Of a DNA stretch of 64,000 nucleotides, positions 40,351 to 53,275 are shown one piece after another. Below the pieces are notes generated by a model. The model did not search any database. It worked only from the letters and a program-made list of their open reading frames with translations, and had not been told where the DNA came from. Positions within the stretch are counted from its first letter, which is position 1; every line of letters begins with the position of its first letter. Position numbers and translations under genes: made by a program. Where the stretch lies: NCBI RefSeq assembly GCF_030028105.1, contig NC_092372.1, positions 209,599,898 to 209,663,897 of the forward strand, written 5' to 3'. This DNA comes from Mobula birostris (Eukaryota).

Positions 40351-41635
40351 TTAGACAACCTCTCCTCCTCCACTCTCACCCTGAACACCGGCGTGCCTCA
40401 AGGCTGTGTGCTGAGCCCTCTTCTGTACTCCCTTTTCACCTATGACTGCGTTCCTGTACATGATTCTAACTCCATAATCAAGTTCGCAGACGACACCACG
40501 GTGGTTGGTCTGATCAGAGGGGATGACAAGACGGCCTACAGGGACGAGGTCCAGCACCTGGCCACGTGGTGTGCCGACAACAACCTGGCCCTTAACACCC
40601 AGAAGACCAAGGAGATCATTGTGGGCTTCAGGCATGCTAGGAGCCACATTCACATCCCCAACTACATCAACGGATCTGTGGTGGAGCGTGTATCAAGCTT
40701 CAGATTCCTTGGTGTCCACATTTCCACGGATCTCACCTGGTCCCTGAACTCCTCCATCCTGATCAAAAAGACGCAATAGCGCCTTTATTTCCTGTGGAGC
40801 AACAAGAAAACTCACCTCTGTCCCAGGATACTGACGGATTTTTACCACTGTACCATTGAGAGCATACTGACCAACTGCATCTCAGTGTGGTATGGCAATT
40901 GTCCCGTATCAGACTGCAAAGCACTCCAATGTGTGGGGAAAACTGCCCAGTGGATTATCGCCATCCAATTGCCCACCATTGAGAACATCTACCATAAACA
41001 CTGCCTGGTGTTATCAAGGATGCATTTCACCCTAACCATAGTCATAGTCATAGTCATAGTCATAGTCATAGTCATACTTTATTGATCCCGGGGGAAATTG
41101 GTTTTTGTTACAGTTGCACCATAAATAATAAATAGTAATAGAACCATAAATAGTTAAATAGTAATATGTAAATTTATGCCAGTAAATTATGAAATAAGTC
41201 CAGGACCAGTCTATTGGCTCAGAGTGTCTGACCCGCCAAGGGAGGAGTTGTAAAGTTTGATGGCCACAAGCAGGAATGACTTCCTATGATGCTCTGCGCT
41301 GCAAACCATGGACTTTTTACTCTCCTCCCATCCAGTAGGCACTACAGAAGCCTCCGCTCCCGCACCAGCAGGCACAAAAAGAGCTTCTTCCCTGAGGCTG
41401 TGACCCTGCTGAACCTCACATCACAGCGCTAAGCAGTATTGCACCCATATTGTACTGTCTCAGTACTTTTATATTTGTGTGCTGTAGCACTTACTTTTTA
41501 TTCACAGTTATTTTGTAAGTAACACTATTCTCTGCATTTCTGATTAGATGCTAACTGCATTTCATTGACTTTGTATCTGTACTCCGCACAATGACAATAA
41601 GGTTGAATCTAATCAAATCTCATCTAATCTAATTC
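40351..41635 (+). mobile_element. Rex1-like LINE 3' half with nested minus-strand insert (41040-41303)
   Basis: NTGVPQGCVLSPLLYSLFT...KFADDTT; (AATCT)-like tail. Insert has a (CATAGT)n tail and an AACCAT duplication at 41034 and 41304. Confidence 0.88.
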
Positions 41636-43619
41636 TCAATAAATCCATTATAGAATAATAACCTTAACAGAATCAATGAAAGTTCTTCATGCTATCAAAG
41701 TGAAAATCTTGCACTTTGCCATATCCCACTGTCACCTCTTGCCCAGTTAACCTATCCTTACTCTTTGCAGACCCTCTGCAACCCCCGCTGAGCACTTTGC
41801 CAACCAACATTTTGTTTACAGCATCTAAACTGAAATGCTTTGAAGCCAGATTGCAGTTAGTTACCACCTCAGTACTGATCCCTGCTTGCAACAGTCTGAA
41901 AATAGCATAGTTATTCACTATGTCTGTTCCCTTTCCTTTAAGCAATTCTCTGTGCACAAATATTATCTCACACTTGTGAAGTCTTCACTTGGCTAACAAC
42001 TGTTTTTCGATCTTACATATCCCATGGTTACAACCTGCAACACACAAAATGCTGGAGGAACTCAGCAGGTCAGGTAATGACTACGGGGCGAAGCAGTGGA
42101 CTTTTTGGGCAGAGGCCTTTCACTGGGATTGCTCATCTGTAGATGCTGCCTGACCCACTGAATTCCTCCGGCATCTTGCTGAAGATTTCCAACATCTGCA
42201 GTATCTCTTGTATTTCCTTAAATATTTCCGGCAGATTTATTGAAAGTTACTTGGCCCGCGGTGACTCGGTTCAGTATTAGTGGGATTCTCAATGACTGTT
42301 TCTTTCTTAGTGATGCATTCCAGCACTTTACGACCATAAGATATAGGAGCAGAATTAGGCCATTTGGCCCATCGAGTCTGCACCACCATTCCATCATGGC
42401 TGATTTATTATCCTTCTCAACCCCATTCTCCAGCTTTCTCCACATAACTTGTCATGCCCTTGGGCTCCACAGCCATCTATGGCAATGAATTCCACAGATT
42501 TACCACCCTCTGGCTAAAGAAATTTTTTGCAATGTCTGTTCTAAGCAGACGTCCCTCTAGTCTGGGGCTGTGCCTGCTGGCCTAGACTCCCCCACTATAG
42601 GAAACGCCTTCCCCACATCCACTCTATCCAGGCCTCTCAATATTCAATAGGTTTCAATGCAATCCCCGCCCCCCATTCTTCTGAACTCCAGTGAGCACAG
42701 GCCCAAGCCATCAAATACTTCTCACATTCACCCTTTCCTTCCCAGAATCATACTCGTGAACCTCCTCTGGACCCTCTCCAACTCCCTTTGCTCCACTGAT
42801 CTTTGAATTTTCTCCCCATTTTGAAAATAGTCTATATTTTTATTCCTTCTACCAAAGTGCATGATCGTACAGTTCCCGTAACTATATTCAATCTGCCACT
42901 TCTTTGCCCATTCTTCTAATCCTCACATCGTCCGCAAACTCACAAAGCTATCAATTCCATCATCCAAATCATTAACATACAATGTGAAAAGAAGTGGCCC
43001 TAACAGCAACCCCTGCAGAACATCAATAGTCACCAGCAGACAACCAGAAAAGGCCCCCTTTTTTCCTGCCAGTCAGCCAAACTACCTATGCTCATATTTT
43101 CCCTGTAATACCATGGGCTCTTGTTAAATAGCCTTAGGTGTGGCACCTTGCCAAATGCATTCTGAAAATCCAAGTATACAACTTCCACTGACTCTCCTTT
43201 GTCTATCCTGCCTGTTACTTCCTTAAGAATTACAACAGATTTGTCAGGCAAGATTTCCCTTTAAAGAAACCATGCTGACTTGGGCCTATTTTATCATGTG
43301 CCTCTGAGTACTATGGAGCTTCATCCTTAATAATTCAAGTTAACTGGCCTATAATTTCCTTGTTCTGCATCCCTCTCTTCTTAAAGAGAGGAGTGACATA
43401 TGCAATTTTTCAGTCCTCCCAAACCACTGCAGAATCTAGTGATTTTTGAAACATCACTACCAATGCCTCCACAATCTCTTCAGCCACCTCTTTCCGAACC
43501 AAATGGGGTGTAGTCCATCTGGTCTTGGAGACATATCTACCTTCAGATCTTTCAGATTCCCAATCCCCTCTCCTTATTTCTGCCCCCGACATGTTTGAAT
43601 TTCTGGCGTATAGCTAGTT

Positions 43620-45571
43620 GGCTAAAGAGGAAGACAGTAGAGGGCTGGAGAACAGGCTTGGCAAAGTAGCACATAGGAGGTGTGGGGAAGCATGAAGAAT
43701 ATCACTGGCTTTAATCAGCCTAGCTGTAAAGCCTCAGAATGCAGCCATGAATGGGTTAATGAGTTAAACCAATTCTTTAATAGGTTTGACAATTGCCCTC
43801 CTGTTCACACCCCCCTCAGCACACCAGTCCAGGTGCTGAGGCAACCAATGCTCACTCAGCACCAACACCTCCCCTCCCCTCCCCTCCAATTCAGTATGTG
43901 GATGAACAACAGAGGCTACCACTGTCTACATCCCCCCCTTTCCCTGCACCTACCATCCACACCTCCACATACCAACTGCTATTGTCTCGATCTTCACCTC
44001 CCCCAGTCACCACCTTCCACCAACTGCCCAGTCCTCATGGACTCACCTTCATCACTGAGCAGGTGAGAAGGGCTCTGGGGAAACTCAGACATGGCAAAGC
44101 ATTGGGACTGGATGGTGTGAACACTAGGGTCCTGAATGATTTGCTGAGCAGCTGTATGGGGATCTCCAGTGCATTTTCAATCTGAGTCTCAGCCTGGAAA
44201 GGGGTCCGACTGTGTGGAAAACATCATGTGAGATCCCAGTACCCTAGAAGGGCCAAATGAAAGTCTTGACTGACTACCCTCCGGTGGTCCTAACTTCACA
44301 CATCATGAAGACCCTAGAGAGGCCAGTCTTGGCTCACCTCCGACCCCTGGTCAGATCAACTCTCGATCCCCTGCAGTTTGCCTACCAGGAGCACATGGAG
44401 TCAACAATGCTGTCATCTACCTGCTGAACAGAGCCTACTCCCATTTGGATAAGCAGGGCAGCACTTTGAGGATCATGTTTTTTTTTGATTTCTCAAGTGC
44501 CTTCAATACCGTACAGCCCTCACTGCTGAGGGGAAAGCTCCATTCAATGCAGGCTGGCACTTCCACTCTGTCCTGGATAACGGATTACCTGACTGGCAGA
44601 CAACAGTTTGTGCAGCTTCAGAGCTGTCAGACATGGCTATAATTAGCACTGGAGCCACACAGGGGATTGTATTGGCTCCCTTCCTTTTTACCCTGCATAC
44701 TTCAAACTTTAGATACAACACTGAGTCATGTCATCTGCTGAAATTCTCCGATGATTCAGCAATAGTTGGGTGTATAAAGGGAGGTCAGGAAGATGAATAC
44801 AAGGCCCTGGTGGAGGACTTTGTCAAATGGTGCAAGCTGAATAATCTACAGCTCAACATCTGTAAGACAAAGGAGATGGTGATGGACTTAGGGAAGGCTA
44901 AGCCTGCATTACTCTGTTACTATTGATGGTGATGACATGGATATGGTGAGGATCTACAAGTACCTGGGGGTGCACCTGGATGACAGACTTGAGTGGAGCA
45001 CCAACATGGAGGTTGTGTACAAGGGCCAGAGTCGCCTCTACTTCCTGAGGACACTGAGGTCCTTTGGAGTATCTCCTTCACATATTCTACCAGTCTGCTG
45101 TCATCAGTACAATCCTCTATGCAGTGGTGTGCTGGGTCAATGGCATCACAACGGGTGATGACAACAGGCTCAATAAACTGATTAGAGAGGCTGGCTCTGT
45201 TATAGGAGTTAAACTGGACACACTGGAGGCTGGGGTAGAACAAATGACCCTACAGAAAATCCTGGCAATTCTGGACAATGTTTCTCATCCTCTGCATGCC
45301 ACTTTGGCTGAACAGAGGAGCACTTTTAGTAATAGACTAAGACAACTGTGCTGCTCCAAAGAGCACTATATGAGGTCATTCTTATCCTCGGCCGTTATGC
45401 TCTATGATGAGTCAATCTATAGCTGGGGAAGTGATGACCTCCTCCTGTTAGACTGTTTTTTATTCTTTCTTACTTCTCCTAATATTTGTATATTTGTATG
45501 TCTGTGTACTTGTAATGCTACCATAACACTGTAACTTCCTTTGGGACCAAGAAAGTATCTATCTATCTACC
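43620..45571 (+). mobile_element. Rex1-like LINE (decayed) nested in CR1
   Basis: FFDFSSAFNTVQP, STGATQGIVLAPFLFTL, KFSDDSAIVG, YKYLGVHLDDRL; (TATC)n tail at 45557-45570. Confidence 0.85.
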
Positions 45572-47021
45572 TGTGTCTTCCACGGTGAAGACTGACACAA
45601 AATGCTTATTAATTCCATCTGCTATTTCTCTTTCCCCCATTACTACCTCCCCAGCATGGCTTTTTAGTTGCCTTCAGCTGTTTTTTAAAAGCTTCTCCAT
45701 CCTTTAACTTCCCACTAATTGTTACTCCATTATATGCCCTCCCTTTCTTTTTGCTGTCTTTCCTTGTCAGCCCAGTTTGTGTCATCCTCCTTTTAGAATA
45801 CTTCCTTGGGATGTATTTATTTTGCACCTTCCGAATTGCTCCCAGAATCTCCATTCATAACTGTTATGCCATCATCCCTGTTAGTGTCCCCTTCAATTAG
45901 GTTTGGTCAGCTCCTCTCCCATGACTCTAAAATTCCCTTTACTCTGTAGACTATGATACTGATATATCTGACTTTATCTTCTCCCTCTCAAACTGCAGGG
46001 TGAATTCTATCATTACGATCACAGTCTCCTAAGGGTTGCTTTATTTTAAGATCCCTAATCAAATCTGGTTCATTAAACAACACTCAATCCAGAATTACCT
46101 TTTCGCTAGAGGGATAAACCACAAGCTGCTCTAAAGGGCATCTCATAAGCATTCTACAAATTCCCTCCCTTCAGATCCAGTACCAACCCAATTTTCCCAA
46201 TTTACCGGTATATTGAAATTCCCCATGACAATTGTAACATTGTCCTTTCTACATGCCTTTTCCAACTCTTGGTATAATTTATATCTATATTGTGGCTACT
46301 GTTCAGAGGCCTGTATATAATTCCTGTCAGGTCTTTTCACCCTTGAAGTTTCTTAACTCAACCCAGAATGATTCTACATCTTCTGATCCTATGTAACCAC
46401 TTTCTAAGGATTTGATTTCATTTTTTATCGACAGAGCCACCCCATCCCCTCTGCCTACCTGCTGGTCCTTTCAATACAAGTTGTACCCTTGGATGTTAAG
46501 CACCCAATTATGATCTTTTTTTCAGCTATGACTCAGTGATGCCCACAATGTTGGACCTGCTAATCTCTAACTGTGCTACAAGATCCATTATTCCATACAC
46601 TGTGCACATTTAAATATTACACCTTCAGTCCTGTATTCATCACCCTTTTCAATTTTGCCCCCATGTTACACCTTAACTAATCCCACTGCCCCATCTTCTG
46701 CCTGTCCATCCTCCCAGTCTCACTACACGCTGCATCAACTGCTCCATGCTTAGCCCTATCACGCCAGTTTCACGCCACTGCAGAATTAGTTTAAACTCTC
46801 CCCAACAGTGCTAGCGCACCTGCCCACAAGGATATTGGTCCCGCTTGGATTCAGGTGTAAGCCATCCTTCTTGTTCAGGTCATACCTTCCCCAGAAGAGA
46901 TCAGGATGATCCAGAATTTGAAGCTGTGCCCCCTGCACCGAACCTTCAGCCATGCATTCATCCGCCAACCCTCTCTGGCACGTGGTACAGGCAGCACTCC
47001 AGAGCTTGCTACCCTTGAGGT

Positions 47022-47243
47022 AACAACAGGAATTCTGCAGATGCTGGAAATTCAAGCAACACACATCAAAGTTGCTGGTAAACACAGCAGGCCAGGCAGC
47101 ATCTATTGGAAGAGTTTCAGTCGACGTTTCAGGCCGAAACCCTTCACCAGTCCTGACGAAGGGTCTCGGCCTCAAACGTCGACTGAAACTCTTCCAATAG
47201 ATGCTGCCTGGCCTGCTGCGTTTACCAGCAACTTTGATGTGTG
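47022..47243. mobile_element. 222-bp foldback Penelope-derived element with 12-bp TSD
   Basis: TACCCTTGAGGT at 47010-47021 and 47244-47255. Inverted arms 47059-47145 and 47158-47244. Confidence 0.9.
47148..47185 (+). ncRNA. Type I hammerhead ribozyme-like motif (representative copy; G12 mutated)
   Basis: CAGTC-CTGACGA-A-GGGTCTCGGCCT-CAAA-C-GTC-GACTG. Stem I CAGTC/GACTG is perfect and the GUC cleavage triplet is present, but GAAA is changed to CAAA. Confidence 0.7.
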
Positions 47244-50044
47244 TACCCTTGAGGTCCTGCTTTTTAGCTTTCGAACTAACCTCCTGTATTCTCTCTTCAG
47301 GACTCCATCCATTTTGCTACCTATGGCATTGGTACCAATATGTACCACGAATTCCGGCTGTTCACCCTCCCCCTTTAGAATGCCGCAGACCCGATCCGAG
47401 TCCTCCCTGACTTTGGCACATGGGAGGCAACATACCCATCCAGGTGTCTCTTTCACGTTCACAGAATCTCCTGTTTGCCCCTCTTAACTGTGGAATCCCC
47501 CTTCGCTTCTGAGCACAACGCTGCATGCCCCCCTGGAAGATGGGCCCCTCACCCACCCCACAACAGTATCCAAAGCGGTATACTTATTATCGAGGGGACC
47601 GGCCACAGGGGTACTCTGCACGGGCTGCCTATTCCCTTTCCCTCTCCCTGCAGTTGCCCAGGTACCTGCCTCCCGCATCTACCTCCCTTACGAGGTGGCT
47701 CCTATCACTTCATTTCCCCTTAAGAGCTGAAGGTCATCTAGCAACCAATCCTGTTCCTTAACACGGTCTCTGAGGAGCTGCAGCTCGATGCAGCTTGCGG
47801 ATGTAGTTTTCAGGGCGATCGGAGGGTCGCCCAGAGTTCCCAAATTTTCACACAAAGAACAATACCACTAACCCCGGATCCATTCTCAATGCACTCGCTG
47901 TGCACTAATAGGCGAAGATTAAAAACTCACTGGAAACTTGCTGCATTTTCTGGCAAGAGATGCCGGAATTTGATCTGTTTTTCCTTCCCGCTCGTGAACA
48001 AGTTCACAGCTCATTAAGGACGTTATGTGCAAATTTCCCCTCACCTCGTTGCTGACGGCAATGAAGGGGAAATTATTCCGTTTGTGTAGCGCCCGTAGCA
48101 AAGTTAAAACATCCCAGGGCACTTTTCCACCTTCCCAAAATGCAGTCACTGTCAGCGTTGTTTACTCTGCGGTGCCTGGGGTACGAACCGCGAGAGTCTA
48201 AACTCTCGATTATCTGTCAGTATCGATTCTCCGCTCTGGCTGCGGAAGATGGAGCTTCCTCTGAGGAATACACGAATTAAGTGGGGTGAAGGAAGGCTGC
48301 TCTTGGGGTCTAAAAGCAATTTAATCCTGTAGACGGACTAACAACTTGGAATTGACCCGAATATTTTTTAAAAATGTAGGAATATTTTCACTTGCAGTTA
48401 AATTTGCGTTGTTGAACGCAGGCAGCCCGGAGTTAACGATTCTGAAGAGGTTAACACTACAGTAAGGTTGCCTGAGATTATCCCGCAGCGTTTCCGTTTT
48501 GCTGCTGTCATATGATTGTTCACAATAGTGTTTGTTCCTTCCACGTGTCTTCCCTTCCACGTTATCTGCCCGTTCCCGAGGTGATTTAAAAGTGCCTCCC
48601 TGGGTGCAGAAGGACATCATTTCCTCAGGGGGCAGGATCGCCTTCGGAAACGGACGACGGGGCAGGGAGGGGACAGAGAGACGGGGCGGGTGGGTGATGG
48701 CGGAGTATCAGGATCCGCCGCTGCCAGACCGCGAGAGGTGGAGGAGAGGAGGATGTCATATTGTTCCTGGGCTGAGATGACATCGCAAAGGTTCCTTAAG
48801 TATGGACATCCGCTGCAAAGCTCCGGGAGTAGTGCTGTCAAATTGCCGCATTCAGCTGAGACCACCAGGAACAAGGTTTCCCAATCTGGGGTTCAGGGAC
48901 CCTCCATTAATGGTAACATACAGCTCGGGAATCCCTGACTGGCAACTTGTCCGGGATCTGTTGCCTGATTTTGGAGTGTCTCCAATCAAAACAACTTTTA
49001 TAGACGACCTGTCACCGCCGTTTTAACTTCTGTTGTTTATTTCAAGATTAAACTTGATAAAAAGAATTAACACGCCCTAGAGCTCTTACTGTTCTTAATG
49101 CCATTGGTCAATACATTCAGCAGTGCTAGCTCATAGCACCATGTTTTTTTATGTTAAATGTTTAATTTTTTCTTGTGAATGCTGCTTATACGATGCTATA
49201 TGCCTGCGATGCTGCTATGTTAGATTTAATTGTGCCTGCGCACACATACACCGTACCTATATCCCACCCAGCTGCACCGTGGCTTGCTAAGGCAACTCAT
49301 GTGCTTCTGCAGATGCTGGAAATCCGGAGAAACACACACAAAATGCTGCACTGGTGAGGGGTCTCAGCCTGCAACATTGACTGTTGCATCATCCTCCACA
49401 GGTGCTGCCTGACCTGCTGAGTTCCACCAGCATTTTGCGTGTGTGTTATTCTGGTGTGGCAACTACGCAGCCCATGACAAGAAACTGCCGAGGGCTGGGG
49501 ACAGAGCTCAGCACATCACAGAAATCACACTCCCTCCTTGGACTGGACACTCTTCATTGCCTTGGTAACATTGCCAGCATAATCAAAGATCCCAGACATT
49601 TTCCCTTCTCCCCTCTTCCATTGGGTAAAAGCCTGAAAACATGTTGGGCAGCTTCTTCCCCAGTGTTATAAGAATACTGAGTGATTCGCTAGTGCAACAA
49701 GATGGACTCTCGACCTCACAATCTGCCTCATTGTGACCTTGCACCTTACTATCTACCTGCACTTCACTCTCTCTGTACCGTAACACTTCAATCTGTACTC
49801 GGTTATTGTTTCATCTTGCACTTCCTCAATGCCCTGTTGTAATGAATTGATCTATATGGATGGCAGGAAAGTTTCTCACTGGGCCTCAGTACATGTGACA
49901 GTAATAAACCAATTTGCCAATTTCCTTTTGTATATGACATAAACTGATTTTTGACTTTTGGCTTTGGCTGTTTTTCCCATCTGAAACAGTAAGGCCAGAT
50001 CAAGGGCAGTTTAGTTTACATAAGCCATAAATGTCCGGTATGAA

Positions 50045-50890
50045 GATACTCAGCAGGACAGGCAGCATCTATGGAGAAGAGAACATTCAACGTTTCAGGC
50101 AGAGACTCCTCAGCAGGACTGGAGAAAAGAAGACGAGGAGTCAGAGCTAGAAGGTTGGGGGGGGGGGAGAAACACAGCGTGATGGGTGAAACTGGGAGGA
50201 GGGACAGGTGAAGTAAAGAGCTGGGAAGTTCATTAGTGAAAGAGGTACAGGGCTGGAGAATGGGGAGTCTGATAGCAGAGGACAGAAGGCCGTGGAAGAA
50301 AAGGGGGGAGGAGCACCAGAGGGAGACGATGGACAGGCAAGGAAATACGGTGAGAGAGAGAAAAGGGAAGGGGGAATGGAGAAGTGCGGGGGGGGGGGGG
50401 TGGGACATTACCAGAAGTTTCAGAAATCGATGTTCATGCAATCAGGTTGGAGGCTACCCAGACAGAATACAAGATGTTGCTCCTCTAACCTGAGTGTGGC
50501 CTCTTCACTCTCTCGCTTTATCTCTTTGCCTGCCTATCACCTCCCTCTGGTGCTCCTCCCCCCTTTTCTTTCTTTCATGGCCTTCTGTCCTCTCATTAGA
50601 TTTCCCCTTCTCCAGCCCTGTATCTCTTTCACCAATAAACTTCCCACTCTTTACTTCACCTCTCCCCCTCTCCCGGTTTCACCTGTCACCTACCGCCTTG
50701 TACTTCTTCCTCTCCTCCCCCCACCTTCTTGCTCTGACTTCTAATCTCTTTTCTCCAGTTCTGCTGAAGGGTCTCAGCCCGAAACATCGACTGTACTCTT
50801 TTCCATAGATGCTGCCTGGCCTGCTGAGTTCCTCCAGCATTTTGTGTTTGTTGATTGGATTTCCAGCATCTGTAGATTTTCTCTTGCTTG
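50045..50890. mobile_element. Inverted pair of Penelope-like 3' portions
   Basis: Minus copy about 50045-50505 and plus copy about 50506-50890. Hammerhead-like motifs at about 50085-50122 (-) and 50756-50793 (+; CAGTT-CTGCTGA-A-GGGTCTCAGCCC-GAAA-C-ATC-GACTG). Confidence 0.8.
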
Positions 50891-51139
50891 CGAATATAAA
50901 GATGCTGTCTCTTTTACAGTAGAGAATCCCAGTTCAAAGTGATGGCATATTCACAGCTGACTGTCAGGTCACAAGTCCTGTGGCAGCATTGTACTCAGTG
51001 TTTTCCATAATGTAGGATTGATGAGTTCAGATTTGGAGATGAACCACTCCCACTTTGAAATGACCTTCCATATATATGGATTGTCAGGAAATATGGCCTG
51101 GTTATCAGATCTACTGTACAGACAACTGATTCTGCAGAT

Positions 51140-52150
51140 AACGCAAACACGAGGAAATCTGCAGATGCTGGAATTTCAAGCACTTTTATTTGTGATTCTG
51201 CAGATGATGGATTCCAGGGCATCACACACAAAATGCTGGAGGAACTCAGAAGGTCAAGAACATCTATGGAAATGAATAAACAGTTGATATTTTGGGCTGA
51301 AACCCTTCATCAGGACTAGAAAGGAAGGGGGAAAGATGAGAAGGTGGGAAGAGCAGAAGGGGTACAAGCTAGAAGGTGATAGGTGAACCTGAATGGGTGG
51401 AGGATGAAGTAAAAAACAGAGGTGATAGATGCAAAAAAAGGGCTGGAGAAGAAGGAATTTGATAGAAGAGGAGAGTGGGCCATGGGAGAAAGGGAAGGAG
51501 GAGGGGCACCGAGGAAGTGATAGTCAGATGAGGAGAAGAGAAAGGTAAGGGGAGGGGCAGAGTGGGGAATTGAAGAAGACAGAAGATGTAGGGAGAAATT
51601 ACCAGAAGTTAGAGAAATTGATGTTATACCATCAGGTTGGAGGCTACTCCAGTTTGAGGATAAAGGGGAAGCCTTTTAGGACCGAGATTAGGAAAAACTT
51701 CTTCACACAGAGAGTGGTGAATCTGTGGAATTCTCTGCCACAGGAAACAGTTGAGGCCAGTTCATTGGCTATATTTAAGAGGGAGTTAGATATGGCCCTT
51801 GTGGCTAAAGGGATCAGGGGGTATGGAGGGAAGGCTGGTACAGCGTTCTGAGTTGGATGATCAGCCATGATCATACTGAATGGCGGTGCAGGCTCGAAGG
51901 GCTGAATGGCCTACTCCTGCACCTATTTTCTATGTTTCTATGTTTACCCAGATGGTCTATGAGCTGTTGCTCACTGTCCAACCTGAGAGTGGCCTCATCT
52001 TGGCTGTAGAGGAGGCCATGTACTCATATATCAGAATGGGAGTGGAGATTGGAATTAAAATGGTTGGCCACTGGGAAATCCTGCTTTTTTGAGGATGGAG
52101 CGAAGGTGCTCGACAAAGCAGTCCCCCAATCTATATTGTATCTCACCAAT
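51140..52150 (-). mobile_element. Penelope-like element interrupted by young CR1 3' end (51650-51944, +)
   Basis: Hammerhead-like motif at 51281-51319 (-), purine tract and GIY-YIG C-terminal remnant. CR1 piece translates LRIKGKPFRTEIRKNFFTQRVVNLWNSLP. Confidence 0.8.
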
Positions 52151-52249
52151 ATTATCAGGTGTGTTATTTTCACCTGTCTTTCCATAATAAGTTAAAATAA
52201 ACAGGGATCAATAACATGCCTGGAGGATTCATACCAGGGGAACATCGAC

Positions 52250-52459
52250 TCAGACCATGAGAGGCCTGCGTCGGGCATTTTCATGCCTTACAAGGCGCAG
52301 AGTGGAAGACTGTGTGGGGCGCCACTCCTCACACAGACTAGAGCAATGTGTGATTAAGTGCCTTGCTCAAGGGCACGAACACGCTGCCACAGCTGAGGCT
52401 CGAACTAGCGACCTTGAGATCACTAGACAAACGCCTTAACCACTTGGCCACGTGCCCAA
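52250..52459 (-). mobile_element. tRNA-head CORE-like SINE related to 39623-39925
   Basis: Shares the head and CCTTGAGCAAGGCACTTAATCACACATTGCTCT; the 3' part differs. Confidence 0.75.
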
Positions 52460-52861
52460 CACAAATTCATACCAAATGCCGTTTCACAACTTTGCTCATA
52501 GAAACCTACAATCATGGAAAGATTACAGAACAGGCCATTCCATCCATCCAATCCATTCCAGCCAAAACAAACCTTTAGAGATGTATCTCACTTGCCGGCA
52601 GTCTTTAAAGGCTCTAACACATCCACATTATTTTTTGACTGTTACTGAGGCTGTCCTCTCCACCGCACCTTCAAGCAGTAAGATCTAGAGGGCCCCCGCT
52701 CTTTGGGTGAAAGCTGTCCAAAATGACCAGTCTAAAATGTCCAGTACAAATTACGTTCAGATTTATTTTGACTTCCCTGGATTTTGTTCTAGTTTGAAAA
52801 GCCACACTGTAGAAGCCAGATTAGATTCCTATTCAGATTTATTTATTACATTTATCTGGAA

Positions 52862-53119
52862 GCCGGCTGGTGGGGTAGTGGCATCAGCGCTGGACTGCGG
52901 GGCAGAGGTTCCGAATTTCAAACCCAGCCGGCTCTCCCCGGCACACTTTCCATCCGTGCGGGGTTACGAGCTGGTGATCTTAAAACAAAACTCACCTGGC
53001 AGAAGGCAAAGGCAAACCACCGCTGTAACTTGCCTCGTACGCGAATCCCCACTATGTCAGAACAGCGTGGGAGGAAGTCGTCCACTACCCGGAAAAATTC
53101 CGGATGCGGATTATTATTA
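52862..53119 (+). mobile_element. tRNA-head SINE with RTE-like internal segment and 10-bp TSD
   Basis: TSD TTATCTGGAA at 52852-52861 and 53120-53129. Head GCCGGCTGG...CCAGCCGGC; internal GAAGGCAAAGGCAAACCACCGCTG; (TTA)n tail. Confidence 0.8.
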
Positions 53120-53132
53120 TTATCTGGAAACA

Positions 53133-53275
53133 TACAGTACTGTATAAAAGTCTTAGGCACATGTAAAAAAAAATTCTGTAAAGCAAAGATGCTTCCAAAA
53201 ATAATGAAATGAGCAGTTTCTAAATACAGAATCAAAAAAATACTATGAAGAGCAGTAAACAGTAAAAATAACTGT
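53133..53275 (+). mobile_element. Tc1-like terminal remnant
   Basis: TA-CAGTACTGTATAAAAGTCTTAGGCAC resembles Tc1-family TIRs; the partner end is not seen. Confidence 0.45.

Larger units (their letters stand above)
42335..47880 (-). mobile_element. Long decayed CR1 LINE including ORF1 (SGNH-esterase-like) and ORF2 remnants, with two nested inserts
   Basis: 3' tail at 42335. RT pieces (VVYLDFQNAFGKVPH; KEVAEEIVEAL). ORF1 pieces VCCLPCAKV...VVHIGTNAIG and DGLHLNPSGTNIL. Interrupted at about 43620-45571 and 47022-47243. Confidence 0.85.

Noticed and set aside
41037-41077. Regular repeat array (CATAGT)n as CRISPR-like or coding
   Set aside because: Spacerless hexamer tail of a minus-strand retroelement in eukaryotic DNA.
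47059-47244. Long hairpin as a microRNA gene
   Set aside because: The arms are copies of a high-copy repeat flanked by a TSD, so it is better explained as a mobile element.
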